Origin: an uncultured Nitrospirales bacterium | GTDB taxonomy: Bacteria; UBA10199; JADGCS01 | Length of the DNA: 64,000 bases | Direction: 5' to 3' | Assembly (NCBI GenBank): GCA_964609965.1 | Contig: CAZSTS010000003.1 | Span: 67,260 to 131,259, forward strand | Shown: piece after piece, positions 9,181-18,846 of the stretch | Numbering within the stretch: position 1 is the first letter of the stretch | How the letters are laid out: every line of letters starts with the position of its first letter | Notes under the pieces: generated by a model | What the model saw: the letters and a program-made list of their open reading frames with translations, nothing else | What the model was told of the DNA's origin: nothing | Database searches by the model: none | Translations under genes and position numbers: made by a program

Positions 9181-9214
9181 GGCTGTAAGCTGTGGGCTGT
9201 CGACTGTAAGCTAT
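9181..9214 (+). repeat. JUMPstart-like intergenic repeat module (GGCTGTAAGCTGTGGGCTGTCGACTGTAAGCT)
   Basis: GCTGTAAGCT occurs twice, plus the GTCGAC core. Confidence 0.5.
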
Positions 9215-9219
9215 AAAAT

Positions 9220-9708
9220 ATGAAATATTTTATTCATGAATCATCATATGTAGACGAAGGCGCTGAAATAGGTGAAGGAACTAAGGTTTGGCACTTTACC
9301 CATGTGATGGGCGGAGCGAAAATAGGTAAAAATTGTGTGCTTGGTCAAAATGTTAATGTGAGTAGAAAAGTAAAGATAGGAAATAATGTGAAGATACAAA
9401 ACAATGTATCTCTCTATGATGGAGTGATTATTGAAGATGGTGTGTTTTGTGGGCCATCATGTGTTTTTACAAATGTATTTAATCCTCGAGCTACGATTGA
9501 ACGAAAAGAAGAATTCATGGCAACTTTAATTAAAGAAGGGGCTACCATTGGAGCCAATGCCACGATTGTATGTGGTGTCACACTTGGTAAATACTGTTTT
9601 ATTGGTGCTGGCGCAGTGGTGACAAAAGATGTGCCTGATTATGCGCTTGTGTATGGCAATCCTGCTACGCAGCATGGCAAAATGGATGAAGAAGGGCGTA
9701 AGGCATAG
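9220..9708 (+). CDS. wbpD: hexapeptide-repeat sugar N-acetyltransferase (WbpD-like, UDP-2-acetamido-3-amino-2,3-dideoxy-glucuronate N-acetyltransferase)
   Basis: 162 aa left-handed beta-helix ([31 protein letters not shown]). Confidence 0.7.
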   Translation: MKYFIHESSYVDEGAEIGEGTKVWHFTHVMGGAKIGKNCVLGQNVNVSRKVKIGNNVKIQNNVSLYDGVIIEDGVFCGPSCVFTNVFNPRATIERKEEFMATLIKEGATIGANATIVCGVTLGKYCFIGAGAVVTKDVPDYALVYGNPATQHGKMDEEGRKA

Positions 9709-9733
9709 GCCTCAAGGCGCAAGGAGAAAAAAT

Positions 9734-10690
9734 ATGAATTATCATGGCCAAGATATCGTTTCATTGATTGAAACAAAGAATTGTAAAACCAAGGGTGATT
9801 TGAATCTTGTTTTTTCTGAGATGGGCCCTCTAGGACAAGCTTCAACCAAGACATTGTCTTTTTGTAATAAACGAGGAGAAGAGGCGTGTCGCTTGCTGAA
9901 CGATACTCAAGCTAGGATTATTTTGTGCCACGAAGAAGCTCTCTCCTATGATGTTAAAGCAGCAGACAAGCTACTCATTGGTGTCAAAAACCCACGACTT
10001 TATTTTATTAGATGTTTAAAGAAGTTTTTTCCAAAAGAAGAAAAACAAGGTGTGCATCCTACAGCAGTCATTGGAAAGGATTGCTCTATTGGGAAAAACG
10101 TCACTATTGGCGCCCACACCTGTATTGGTGATCATGTTTCTGTTGGTGACTTTTCAAAGATTTATAACAGTGTGGTTGTGAATGATAACGTTCAAATTGG
10201 AAAAAATGTTATTTTAAAATCAGGATGTGTTATTGGACATGATGGCTTTGGTTATGAAAGAAACGAAGAGGGTGAATTAGAAAAATTTCCACACAGTGGC
10301 ACAGTTGTTATTAAGGATGACGTTGAAGTAGGCTCAAATACAACGATTGATCGTGGAGTTCTTGGGAACACAGTGATTGGAGAAAATACAAAAATTGATA
10401 ATTTAGTACATATTGCTCATAACGTCAGTATTGGGAAAAATTGTGAGATTATCGCCCATGCCATGATTGGTGGCAGCGCTAGAATCGGTGACTTTGCTCA
10501 TGTGTCACCCGGGGCACAGGTCATGAACCAAATAACGATTGGAGAGCGTGCTGTAGTTGGTTTGGGCGCTGTTGTGACAAAGAATGTGCAGGCAGGCGCT
10601 GTTGTGGCAGGTTCTCCTGCGCGTCCTATGGATGAATTTCGATCCTATTTAAATTATATAAAAAAAGAGGTTTTAAAAAATGAAAAATAA
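9734..10690 (+). CDS. LpxD-family UDP-sugar N-acyltransferase (N-terminal nucleotide-binding domain + LbH)
   Basis: Strong LpxD signature ([48 protein letters not shown]). Start moved to ATG 9734, which has an AAGGAG RBS. The track start 9629 overlaps wbpD. Confidence 0.7.
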   Translation: MNYHGQDIVSLIETKNCKTKGDLNLVFSEMGPLGQASTKTLSFCNKRGEEACRLLNDTQARIILCHEEALSYDVKAADKLLIGVKNPRLYFIRCLKKFFPKEEKQGVHPTAVIGKDCSIGKNVTIGAHTCIGDHVSVGDFSKIYNSVVVNDNVQIGKNVILKSGCVIGHDGFGYERNEEGELEKFPHSGTVVIKDDVEVGSNTTIDRGVLGNTVIGENTKIDNLVHIAHNVSIGKNCEIIAHAMIGGSARIGDFAHVSPGAQVMNQITIGERAVVGLGAVVTKNVQAGAVVAGSPARPMDEFRSYLNYIKKEVLKNEK

Positions 10691-11306
10691 AAAGATTCTT
10701 TTTTTGGGGGCTCACCCTGATGATGAGTTTGGCTGTGCGGGTTCTTTGCTCAAATTTATAGAAGAGGGCGCCGAAGTATATTATGCAGTGTTTTCTTTTT
10801 GTGAAGAGTCTGTGCCAGAGGGCTTTCCCAAGGATGTTTTGAGAAATGAATTTAGTAATTCATTAAAAGTCCTTGGTGTTAAGCCTGAAAACGTTATTCA
10901 ATATGATTATAAGGTAAGAAACTTTCCTTCTAGAAGACAAGAAATCTTAGAAGATATTGTTGCCTTAAAAAAGAAAATATCTCCAGATCTTGTTATGATT
11001 CCAGCGCTAACAGATATTCATCAAGACCATCACACAATAGCCATGGAAGGTGTCCGTGCATTCAAACATGCTACCATATTGGGTTACGAACTGCCTCAAA
11101 ACACAATCACCTTTAAGCATGCATGCTTTGTTTGTCTTAAGGAAGATCAAATTCAGAAAAAAATAAAAGCTCTTATGAGCTATGAATCTCAAGCTAAAAG
11201 ACCTTACATGAGTGAGTCATTTATTGCTGGCGTTGCTAAAATACGTGGTGTTCAAATCGATGAGGAATATGCAGAGGCGTTTGAAGTTATTCGTTTTCGT
11301 CTATAA
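10680..11306 (+). CDS. PIG-L/LmbE family N-deacetylase
   Basis: [17 protein letters not shown] zinc-binding motif. Confidence 0.8.
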   Translation: MKNKKILFLGAHPDDEFGCAGSLLKFIEEGAEVYYAVFSFCEESVPEGFPKDVLRNEFSNSLKVLGVKPENVIQYDYKVRNFPSRRQEILEDIVALKKKISPDLVMIPALTDIHQDHHTIAMEGVRAFKHATILGYELPQNTITFKHACFVCLKEDQIQKKIKALMSYESQAKRPYMSESFIAGVAKIRGVQIDEEYAEAFEVIRFRL

Positions 11307-11309
11307 TTT

Positions 11310-12416
11310 ATGAAAAAAATAGTCACAATTGTTGGAGCAAGACCCCAGTTTATAAAAGCAGCAGCTGTATCGCGTGCTCTTCAAGAACAAAAGGGGCAGC
11401 TTGTTGAGGTGCTTGTCCATACAGGGCAACATTACGATGATAACATGTCTCAGGTATTCTTTGATGAAATGAGAATTCCTAAGCCTGATTATCATTTAGA
11501 AGTGGGTTCAGGACCTCACGGGCAAATGACAGGAAAAATGTTAATCAAAATAGAGGAATTGTTGCTTTCAGAAAAACCAGATTACGTGCTTGTTTATGGC
11601 GACACAAATTCAACTCTAGCAGGGGCTTTGGCAGCTGTTAAACTGCACATTCCTGTAGCCCATGTAGAAGCTGGCTTGCGGAGTTTTAATAGAAAAATGC
11701 CCGAGGAGCATAATCGTGTTCTGACAGATCATGTTTCTGACTTTCTTTTTTGTCCTACTGAAACAGCTGTGAATAATTTAGTAAAGGAAGGCTTTTCAAT
11801 AAACCAGCGACATAATTCACAACCTTTGGTTGTGAATTGTGGTGACGTCATGTACGATGCCTTTTTGTTTTATAGTGAATTATCTGCCCAGAAAAGCAAG
11901 GTTCTTAATGATTTGGAGCTCAAAGATAAAGATTTTGTTCTCTGTACCATCCATCGTGCTGAAAATACAGATGATCCAAAAAGACTAAAGAATATTCTTT
12001 CTTTTCTTGAAGAAATCTCTCAGGATACGACGGTTGTGTTGCCATTACATCCTAGGACAGCTAAGATATTAGAAAAAAACTGTCAGTTGTCAGTTTTCAG
12101 TTGTCAGTTAAAAATTATAGATCCTGTAAGTTATTTCGACATGGTTGAGCTTCTCAAGCAGTGTCGTCTTGTTATGACTGATTCAGGGGGGCTTCAAAAA
12201 GAAGCTTTTTATGCTAAGGCTCCTTGTGTGACTATGCGCGATGAAACCGAATGGGTGGAAACTGTTAAAGGGGGGTACAATCTTGTTGTGGGTGCTGATA
12301 AAAAAGCAATCATCTCTGGTTTTGAAAAAATGCTAGATAGTAAAGCCGATTATAGTCGTGATCTCTATGGGGATGGCGCTGCTTCCCAGAAAATAGTCAA
12401 AGCCTTTGTTTCTTAG
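11310..12416 (+). CDS. wbpI: UDP-N-acetylglucosamine 2-epimerase family, non-hydrolysing (WbpI/WecB-like)
   Basis: 368 aa. IVTIVGARPQFIKAAAV N-terminus, HTGQHYD and HVEAGLRS motifs. Contains an internal heptanucleotide tandem repeat at 12081-12108. Confidence 0.8.
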   Translation: MKKIVTIVGARPQFIKAAAVSRALQEQKGQLVEVLVHTGQHYDDNMSQVFFDEMRIPKPDYHLEVGSGPHGQMTGKMLIKIEELLLSEKPDYVLVYGDTNSTLAGALAAVKLHIPVAHVEAGLRSFNRKMPEEHNRVLTDHVSDFLFCPTETAVNNLVKEGFSINQRHNSQPLVVNCGDVMYDAFLFYSELSAQKSKVLNDLELKDKDFVLCTIHRAENTDDPKRLKNILSFLEEISQDTTVVLPLHPRTAKILEKNCQLSVFSCQLKIIDPVSYFDMVELLKQCRLVMTDSGGLQKEAFYAKAPCVTMRDETEWVETVKGGYNLVVGADKKAIISGFEKMLDSKADYSRDLYGDGAASQKIVKAFVS

Positions 12417-12430
12417 GCAAAATAAGAAGG

Positions 12431-13414
12431 ATGAATTATATGGATATTAATGGAAAAAAACTCATGGTTATTGGTGGCGCTGGTTTGATTGGCAGTCATG
12501 TTGTTGACCAGCTAACAAAAACTGATGCCAAAGAAATCATTGTTTATGATAATTTTTGTCGCGGCACGAGAGAGAATCTCGAAGAAGCCTTAAAGGATCC
12601 GCGAGTCAGCATTTTTCCCCATGGCGGAGATATTTTACAAGAGGATATTTTAGAAAAGGCTATGGAAGGTGTTGATGGTGTTTTTCATTTAGCAGCTCTT
12701 TGGTTGCTGCAATGCCATGAGTATCCACAGGCAGCCTTTGATGTGAATATTCGAGGCACGTTTAATGTCATTCAAGCGGGTATTAAAAAAGGTGTGAAAC
12801 GCGTCATCTACTCTTCTTCGGCCTCTGTTTATGGCGATGCCCTAGAAGTTCCCATGTCAGAAAATCATCCATATAATAATTTTACGTTTTATGGGGCCAC
12901 AAAAATATCGGGTGAACACATGTTTAAAACTCTTAGTAGCCGTTACAATCTTGACTGGGCTGGATTGCGTTACATGAATGTTTATGGCCCTCGCCAAGAT
13001 TACAAAGGGGCTTATATTGCAGTGATGATGAAGATACTTGATAAGCTTGATAAAGGTGAATCGCCTGTTATTTATGGCGATGGTTCACAGCAATATGATT
13101 TTATTTCTGTAGAAGATGTGGCCAGAGCCAATATTTGTGCCATGCAAGCTCAGGCATCAGGTGAGTGTTATAATATTGGTCGCGGTATTGGCTCTTCTAT
13201 CAAAGAGCTGACTGAATTATTAATTCGTCTCAAGTGTTCTGATCAAACCATTCAATATGAACCAGCAGGATTGACTTTTGTGACTAATAGATTGGGCACA
13301 GTAGAAAAGGCAGAAAAGGATCTAGGCTTTAAATGGCAGATAGATCTTGAAGAAGGGATGAAAAAACTCATTGAATGGCGAAAACAATCCAAAAAAAATC
13401 AAAGTCATGTATAA
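12431..13414 (+). CDS. NAD-dependent nucleotide-sugar epimerase/dehydratase (SDR, UDP-Glc(NAc) 4-epimerase-like)
   Basis: GGAGLIGSH Rossmann motif. SSSASVYG and YGATK catalytic YxxxK. Confidence 0.75.
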   Translation: MNYMDINGKKLMVIGGAGLIGSHVVDQLTKTDAKEIIVYDNFCRGTRENLEEALKDPRVSIFPHGGDILQEDILEKAMEGVDGVFHLAALWLLQCHEYPQAAFDVNIRGTFNVIQAGIKKGVKRVIYSSSASVYGDALEVPMSENHPYNNFTFYGATKISGEHMFKTLSSRYNLDWAGLRYMNVYGPRQDYKGAYIAVMMKILDKLDKGESPVIYGDGSQQYDFISVEDVARANICAMQAQASGECYNIGRGIGSSIKELTELLIRLKCSDQTIQYEPAGLTFVTNRLGTVEKAEKDLGFKWQIDLEEGMKKLIEWRKQSKKNQSHV

Positions 13415-14513
13415 AATTCCCCTTATAAAACCCTACATCACAAAAGAGGTTAAAGATAAAGTTCTCGAAGTCCTTGATAGTGGCTATTTAACCGAAGGGC
13501 CTGTTACGTTTGAACTAGAACAGCAGTGTCGTGATTATATTGGGTGTGAGCATGCCATTGCACTAACCTCTTGTACAACAGGTTTAGAGCTGGCGCTGCG
13601 AGCTCTTGGAATTTCTGCAGGTGATGAGGTTATTGTTCCTGATTACACATATCCAGCAACGGCAACTGTGGTGAATATTGTAGGGGCCACAGCTGTTATT
13701 GTCGCTATTGATCCAAAGACCATGCTCATTGATTATGAGGCTATCGATAAGGCGATCACTGAAAAGACTAAGGCTATCATTCCTGTTTCATTATTTGGCA
13801 ATCCCTTGGATTATGACAAATTGGACTCAATCAAGAATAAGCACGGGATTAAAATTATTGAAGACGCTGCTTGTTCTATTGGTGCCAGTTTTCATGATAG
13901 GAAAGTAGGTCTTCAAGCAGATGTATCTGTTTTTAGCTTTCACCCTCGCAAATTTATCACAACAGGTGAAGGCGGTATGGTCACAACAAACAATGAAGAT
14001 TGGGCTTCTTGGATGAATTCTTACAAACACTTTGGGATGGCTAAGAGCGATACACGACAGGAAACAGTGTTTGAGCGCGTTGGGACTAATTACAAGCTTT
14101 CAAATTTACAGGCTGCGGTTGGAGTTGTCCAGATGACTCATATTGATGAACTTCTGGCAAAACGCTGCCAACTAGCAGAAAATTATAGGCGATTACTCAA
14201 AGATGAACCCAAAGTAACTATTCCAGAAACAACGGCAAAGGGGCTTCATTCCTATCAATCTTTTTGTGTTTTTGTTAAAAATCGCGACAATGTCATGAAA
14301 AGGATGCGTGAAAAAGACATTGAAGTACAGATAGGAACATATGCGCTTCATAAACACAAAGCCTTTAATGATAATCCTTTTGTGCGTATTGTGGGTGATA
14401 TGAGTGGTAGTGATTACGCATTTAAAAACAGTTTAACTCTTCCTTTATTCCATGACATGACGGATGAAGAACAACGATGTGTTGTGGAGGAACTAAAGAT
14501 ATGTGTGGCATAG
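13407..14513 (+). CDS. DegT/DnrJ/EryC1 PLP-dependent sugar aminotransferase
   Basis: DegT fold. Start at ATG 13407 (MYKIPLIKPYI). Confidence 0.75.
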   Translation: MYKIPLIKPYITKEVKDKVLEVLDSGYLTEGPVTFELEQQCRDYIGCEHAIALTSCTTGLELALRALGISAGDEVIVPDYTYPATATVVNIVGATAVIVAIDPKTMLIDYEAIDKAITEKTKAIIPVSLFGNPLDYDKLDSIKNKHGIKIIEDAACSIGASFHDRKVGLQADVSVFSFHPRKFITTGEGGMVTTNNEDWASWMNSYKHFGMAKSDTRQETVFERVGTNYKLSNLQAAVGVVQMTHIDELLAKRCQLAENYRRLLKDEPKVTIPETTAKGLHSYQSFCVFVKNRDNVMKRMREKDIEVQIGTYALHKHKAFNDNPFVRIVGDMSGSDYAFKNSLTLPLFHDMTDEEQRCVVEELKICVA

Positions 14514-16408
14514 CTGGTATATTCAACATAGACAATTCCTCCGCAAATCTAAAAATCATCAAAGCCATGACCGACGCCATAGCACATCGAGGCCCTGACG
14601 GTGAGGGACAGTATGTTAGCGGGTCAATTGGTTTTGGGCATCGGCGATTGGCGATTATTGATCTTAGTGATAACGCACGTCAGCCCATGTGTAATGAAGA
14701 CAAATCCATCTGGCTGACATATAATGGAGAAATTTATAATTTTAAGGAACTCAGAAAAGATCTTGAGGCAAAAGGGCATAAGTTTCAGTCCAAGACTGAC
14801 TGTGAAGTCATTGTTCATGGTTATGAAGAATATGGGTTAGATATTGTTCAAAAATTAAATGGTATGTTTGCTTTTGCTTTGTGGGATGAAAACAAATCAC
14901 AGCTTTATCTTATTCGTGATCGCTATGGCATTAAACCTTTGTATTATTATTTTGATAGTCAGACTCTTATCTTTGCATCAGAAATCAAAGCCATTCTCAA
15001 GCACCCAAAAGTTTCAGTTCAGTTAAACTTTGATGCTCTAAACGAATATTTTACATTTCAGAATCTCTTCAATTATCACACTCTTTTTAAGAACATTCAT
15101 CTTGTTCCTCAGGCAAATATCATGATGTTCAAAAAAGGGATCTCCCAATATGAAAGGCACTCTTACTGGGATTATGATTTTACAAATCGTGATAAAAAGA
15201 TGACTGAAGAGGAGGCCAATGAAGAGACCTTAAGGCTGCTCAAACAGGCAGTTGAAAGACAGTTGGTTTCTGATGTTCCTGTGGGCTCTTATCTTTCTGG
15301 AGGAATGGATTCTGCTTCGGTTGTGGGCATTGCTTCCAAAAAAATACCCCATCTGGCGACCTTTACTTGTGGTTTTGATATGTCGGAAGTCACAGGACGC
15401 GAAGCGAATTTTGATGAACGTCGTGATGCAGAATTCATAGCCAGTCATTTCAAAACAGAACATTATGAACAAGTGGTTGGTGTGAATGATATTGAGAGGT
15501 CTTTGCCAAAGGTTATTTATCATCTCGAAGATCTTAGACTTGGTATGTCTTATCCTAACTATTATATTTCGCGTTTAGCTTCCAAGTTTGTGAAAGTCTG
15601 TCTGTCTGGAAATGGAGGGGATGAATTGTATGGAGGCTATCCTTGGCGCTATTATCGTTCTTTTCGCTCCATTGATCAGCAGGCTTTTTTCGACAAGTAT
15701 TATAAAGAATGGCAACGCATAATCTTGGATGAAGATAAACCAATTTTTTTCACAACAAATACGTGGCAACAAATCAAAAATAGAGATACAAAAAACATTC
15801 TTTCTCGTGTTTTCACATTTAACCCTCAGTTAAAGTATGATACACCTGAAGATCACATCGCAAACTCACTTTATTTTGAGATAAAAACATTTATGCATGG
15901 CCTATTTGTTGTTCAAGACAAGCTTTCTATGGCAAGTGGCCTTGAGGAAAGAGTGCCTTTACTTGATAATGATTTAGTAGATTTTGCGCAGCGCATACCC
16001 ATCAAACATAAATTAAAAAATCTCAAAAAAATGAAAAGGCTTGATGAAGGGGCTTTTCATAAAGAGGCGGTGTATTTTAAAGATACAAATGACGGTAAGA
16101 ATTGTCTTAGGAATGCCATGGGGTCCATTTTGCCGAGCAGTATCATTAGTCGTCCTAAACAAGGGTTTAGCTCTCCGGATGAATCATGGTACCGTGGTGA
16201 AGGTATTGCGTATGTGAAAAAGATTCTTCACGATAAAAAAGCCGTGTATAAAGACTTTATTGATCCCAAGGCTGTTGATGCCATTTTATCTGATCATTGT
16301 GATCTTAAGATCAATCATCGCTTACCCATCTGGTCGCTCTTGTGTTTTGAGTGGTGGTGTCGAATCTTTCTGCAAGGAGAACAAGATAGTGCGAGTCGTA
16401 TTATTTAG
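14501..16408 (+). CDS. asparagine synthetase (glutamine-hydrolysing) family amidotransferase (WbpS/WbpG-like, likely uronamide or acetamidino formation)
   Basis: N-terminal nucleophile MCGIAGIF. SGGMDS PP-loop. GGAGGA RBS before ATG 14501. Confidence 0.8.
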   Translation: MCGIAGIFNIDNSSANLKIIKAMTDAIAHRGPDGEGQYVSGSIGFGHRRLAIIDLSDNARQPMCNEDKSIWLTYNGEIYNFKELRKDLEAKGHKFQSKTDCEVIVHGYEEYGLDIVQKLNGMFAFALWDENKSQLYLIRDRYGIKPLYYYFDSQTLIFASEIKAILKHPKVSVQLNFDALNEYFTFQNLFNYHTLFKNIHLVPQANIMMFKKGISQYERHSYWDYDFTNRDKKMTEEEANEETLRLLKQAVERQLVSDVPVGSYLSGGMDSASVVGIASKKIPHLATFTCGFDMSEVTGREANFDERRDAEFIASHFKTEHYEQVVGVNDIERSLPKVIYHLEDLRLGMSYPNYYISRLASKFVKVCLSGNGGDELYGGYPWRYYRSFRSIDQQAFFDKYYKEWQRIILDEDKPIFFTTNTWQQIKNRDTKNILSRVFTFNPQLKYDTPEDHIANSLYFEIKTFMHGLFVVQDKLSMASGLEERVPLLDNDLVDFAQRIPIKHKLKNLKKMKRLDEGAFHKEAVYFKDTNDGKNCLRNAMGSILPSSIISRPKQGFSSPDESWYRGEGIAYVKKILHDKKAVYKDFIDPKAVDAILSDHCDLKINHRLPIWSLLCFEWWCRIFLQGEQDSASRII

Positions 16409-17165
16409 TGCAACGGAAATTGGTCTCAAATGTGCGAACAAGGTCCTAGAAAAAGGATGTTGTTTAGCTGGTGTTGCGTCAGCTCCTGAGCAGTTTTCTA
16501 TTTCCTATGCTTCAGGCAAAGTGAATAATGTGAGACATGTTTCCTATGCTGATTTTTGTAGAGAGCATCAAGTTCCTTTGATTGTGCTTGAAGAAAAAAT
16601 GATTTCTATAAAAGAACAAATAGCTGCGCTAAAGCCTGATTTGATTATTGTAGCAGGTTGGTTTCACATGGTTCCTAAATCTATCAGAGAAATAGCTCCT
16701 TTGGGTTGTGTTGGTTTTCATGCCTCTCTTCTCCCGAAGTATCGAGGTGGCGCGCCGCTTGTCTGGGCCATGATTAATCAAGAAAAAACTTCGGGAATGA
16801 CATTGTTTTATCTTAATGATGGAGTTGATGCAGGTGATATAGTTGGACAAGAATCTTTTGAGATCATGCCAGATGATACAATTGCCTCTGTGATAAATAA
16901 AGCCAATCGCTGTTCAGAAATACTCCTCGACAAATACCTTCCCCTGTTGGCTGCTAAAAAAGCACCACGTATTAAACAAGATGAATCGCAAGCTTCTCTT
17001 TATCCCCAAAGATCTCCTGAGGATGGTTTGATTGATTGGTCTTGGCCGATAGATAAAATAAAGGCTTTTATCAAAGCGCAAACAAAGCCATATCCAGGTG
17101 CGTTTACAGAAATTTCGGGAAAGCGCGTGAGAATTTGGGATGCACAGATAGAGGATTTAGAATGA
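16389..17165 (+). CDS. formyltransferase (Fmt/ArnA N-terminal-domain-like sugar N-formyltransferase)
   Basis: Formyl_trans_N motifs (HASLLPKYRGGAPLVWAMIN) and a C-terminal domain. GTG start at 16389 with an AAGGAG RBS. The track start 16260 overlaps asnB. Confidence 0.7.
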   Translation: MRVVLFSATEIGLKCANKVLEKGCCLAGVASAPEQFSISYASGKVNNVRHVSYADFCREHQVPLIVLEEKMISIKEQIAALKPDLIIVAGWFHMVPKSIREIAPLGCVGFHASLLPKYRGGAPLVWAMINQEKTSGMTLFYLNDGVDAGDIVGQESFEIMPDDTIASVINKANRCSEILLDKYLPLLAAKKAPRIKQDESQASLYPQRSPEDGLIDWSWPIDKIKAFIKAQTKPYPGAFTEISGKRVRIWDAQIEDLE

Positions 17166-17878
17166 TTGCCATTACTTTAGATATAGATTGGGCCCCTGAC
17201 TGGATCATTGATTGTGTTGCCGAGCGTCTTATAAAACACAAGGTCAAGGTAACTTGGTTTGTGACACATGATTCTGACGCAATAAAACGATTGAAAAAAC
17301 ATCCAGAACTTTTTGAATTGGGTATTCATCCAAACTTTCATCCAAAAAACACACAGGGGGGGGCACCAGAACAAGTGCTAAAAAATCTTCTCGAGATCGT
17401 ACCAGAGGCTAAATCCATGAGAACGCATGGCCTGTATCAAAGCACAAACCTATTAGAAATGGCTTCACAGAAGGGGATTTCTTATGATGTTTCTCTTTTT
17501 CTCCCACAGTCAGAACCTATAAATCCACACCGTCTTTTTTTTGAATCTGGTTCAAGTCTTATCAGACTCCCCTATGTTTGGGAGGATGATTTGGAGATGG
17601 CCAAACCCCAGCCTTGTCTTTGTTTAGATCAATTTGCGCATTTTCAAAAAGAAGCTATTCTCGATTTTCATCCTATTCACATAGTGTTGAACAGCTGTGA
17701 TATGGAGACTTACACACAGTATAAAAATAACGGTTGGAAGGGATTTTGTCAGGAACAAATGCCGTTTCAAACACACGCTCGAGGAATTGGAGATTTATTT
17801 GATGCCTGCTTGTCTTCGATGAGAGAGGGTGGGCAAACAGTTTCAGAACTTGCACAGGATTGTGAGGAGTTGTCATGA
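17162..17878 (+). CDS. polysaccharide deacetylase-like (NodB-homology) protein
   Basis: ITLDIDWAPD resembles NodB motif 1. Usually paired with sugar formyltransferases. Contains a G8 tract (17356-17363) and a T8 tract (17535-17542). Confidence 0.45.
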   Translation: MIAITLDIDWAPDWIIDCVAERLIKHKVKVTWFVTHDSDAIKRLKKHPELFELGIHPNFHPKNTQGGAPEQVLKNLLEIVPEAKSMRTHGLYQSTNLLEMASQKGISYDVSLFLPQSEPINPHRLFFESGSSLIRLPYVWEDDLEMAKPQPCLCLDQFAHFQKEAILDFHPIHIVLNSCDMETYTQYKNNGWKGFCQEQMPFQTHARGIGDLFDACLSSMREGGQTVSELAQDCEELS

Positions 17879-18810
17879 AGGTCGTTATTATCGGTCGTAC
17901 AGAGTTTCTTTATCACACGATTTCAGCATTAGAAGAAATGGGGCACACAATTCTGGGCATTATCACTGCCAAGGCTGCTCCTGAATACAAAATAAAAGAA
18001 ACTGATTTTGGGGCGCTTGCTCAAAAACGTTGCATCCCGTTTATTTGTTGTAACAATCTCAAAGAAAAAGAGGTCTCACAGTTTTTAGAGAAAATGCAGG
18101 CTGATATTGGTGTGAGTGTCAACTGGGTTAGCCTTGTCGATCAAGAAATGATTCAGAAATTTCGTTATGGAATACTTAACGCTCATTTTGGAGATCTTCC
18201 AAAGTATCGGGGAAATGCCTGTCCAAACTGGGCTATTATCAATGGTGAAAAGGAAGTCACCCTTTCCATTCATTTTATGGAGGGGGGGCAACTGGATTGT
18301 GGAAGAGTCGTTGTTCAAGACAAGATTCATTTAGATGAACAAACATATATAGAGGATGTTTATCATTGGGCCGAGCAAGTCATTCCAAAGGCCTATCAAA
18401 GTGCTTTAGAAAAGTTGGAACAAAACCCAGATGTTCTGTTGAAATATGCTGATCCAAAATCAGAAGATAGTTTTCGCTGTTATCCTCGCTGTCCAGAAGA
18501 TGGGCTTATTGATTGGGAAAAATCAGCAGTCGAAATTCATCGCCTCATTCGAGCTTCTTCAAAACCCTTTGCTGGGGCTTTTACTTATTGGTGCGGAAAG
18601 CCACTAAAGATATGGCGGGCCTCTTTATCTCAAGATGGGGAACGCTATTTTGCCGTGCCAGGGCAGGTGAGTTCCATTAACAAAGAAGAAGGCTCAATTG
18701 ATGTCATCACAGGAGAAGGTAAATTAACTCTATCTAGCATTTCTTATGATGAGAAAGAAGACATTCCACCTGCAAAGCTTATTCGATCAATAAGGAAGAG
18801 GCTAGGATAA
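17875..18810 (+). CDS. formyltransferase (Fmt-like with C-terminal domain)
   Basis: NAHFGDLPKYRGNACPNWAIINGE formyltransferase core. Contains a G7 tract at 18282-18288. Confidence 0.7.
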   Translation: MKVVIIGRTEFLYHTISALEEMGHTILGIITAKAAPEYKIKETDFGALAQKRCIPFICCNNLKEKEVSQFLEKMQADIGVSVNWVSLVDQEMIQKFRYGILNAHFGDLPKYRGNACPNWAIINGEKEVTLSIHFMEGGQLDCGRVVVQDKIHLDEQTYIEDVYHWAEQVIPKAYQSALEKLEQNPDVLLKYADPKSEDSFRCYPRCPEDGLIDWEKSAVEIHRLIRASSKPFAGAFTYWCGKPLKIWRASLSQDGERYFAVPGQVSSINKEEGSIDVITGEGKLTLSSISYDEKEDIPPAKLIRSIRKRLG

Positions 18811-18846
18811 TTCAACTCACAATAACAATTTGTTATCAGGTTCATC

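Noticed and set aside
9629-9733. 5' extension of the LpxD-like ORF overlapping wbpD by 80 nt
   Set aside because: An in-frame ATG at 9734 with a strong AAGGAG RBS gives a non-overlapping gene. The upstream part translates to Cys/Arg-rich nonsense.
16260-16388. 5' extension of the first formyltransferase ORF overlapping asnB
   Set aside because: A GTG at 16389 with an AAGGAG RBS starts exactly at the conserved formyltransferase N-terminus (VRVVLFSATEIG).
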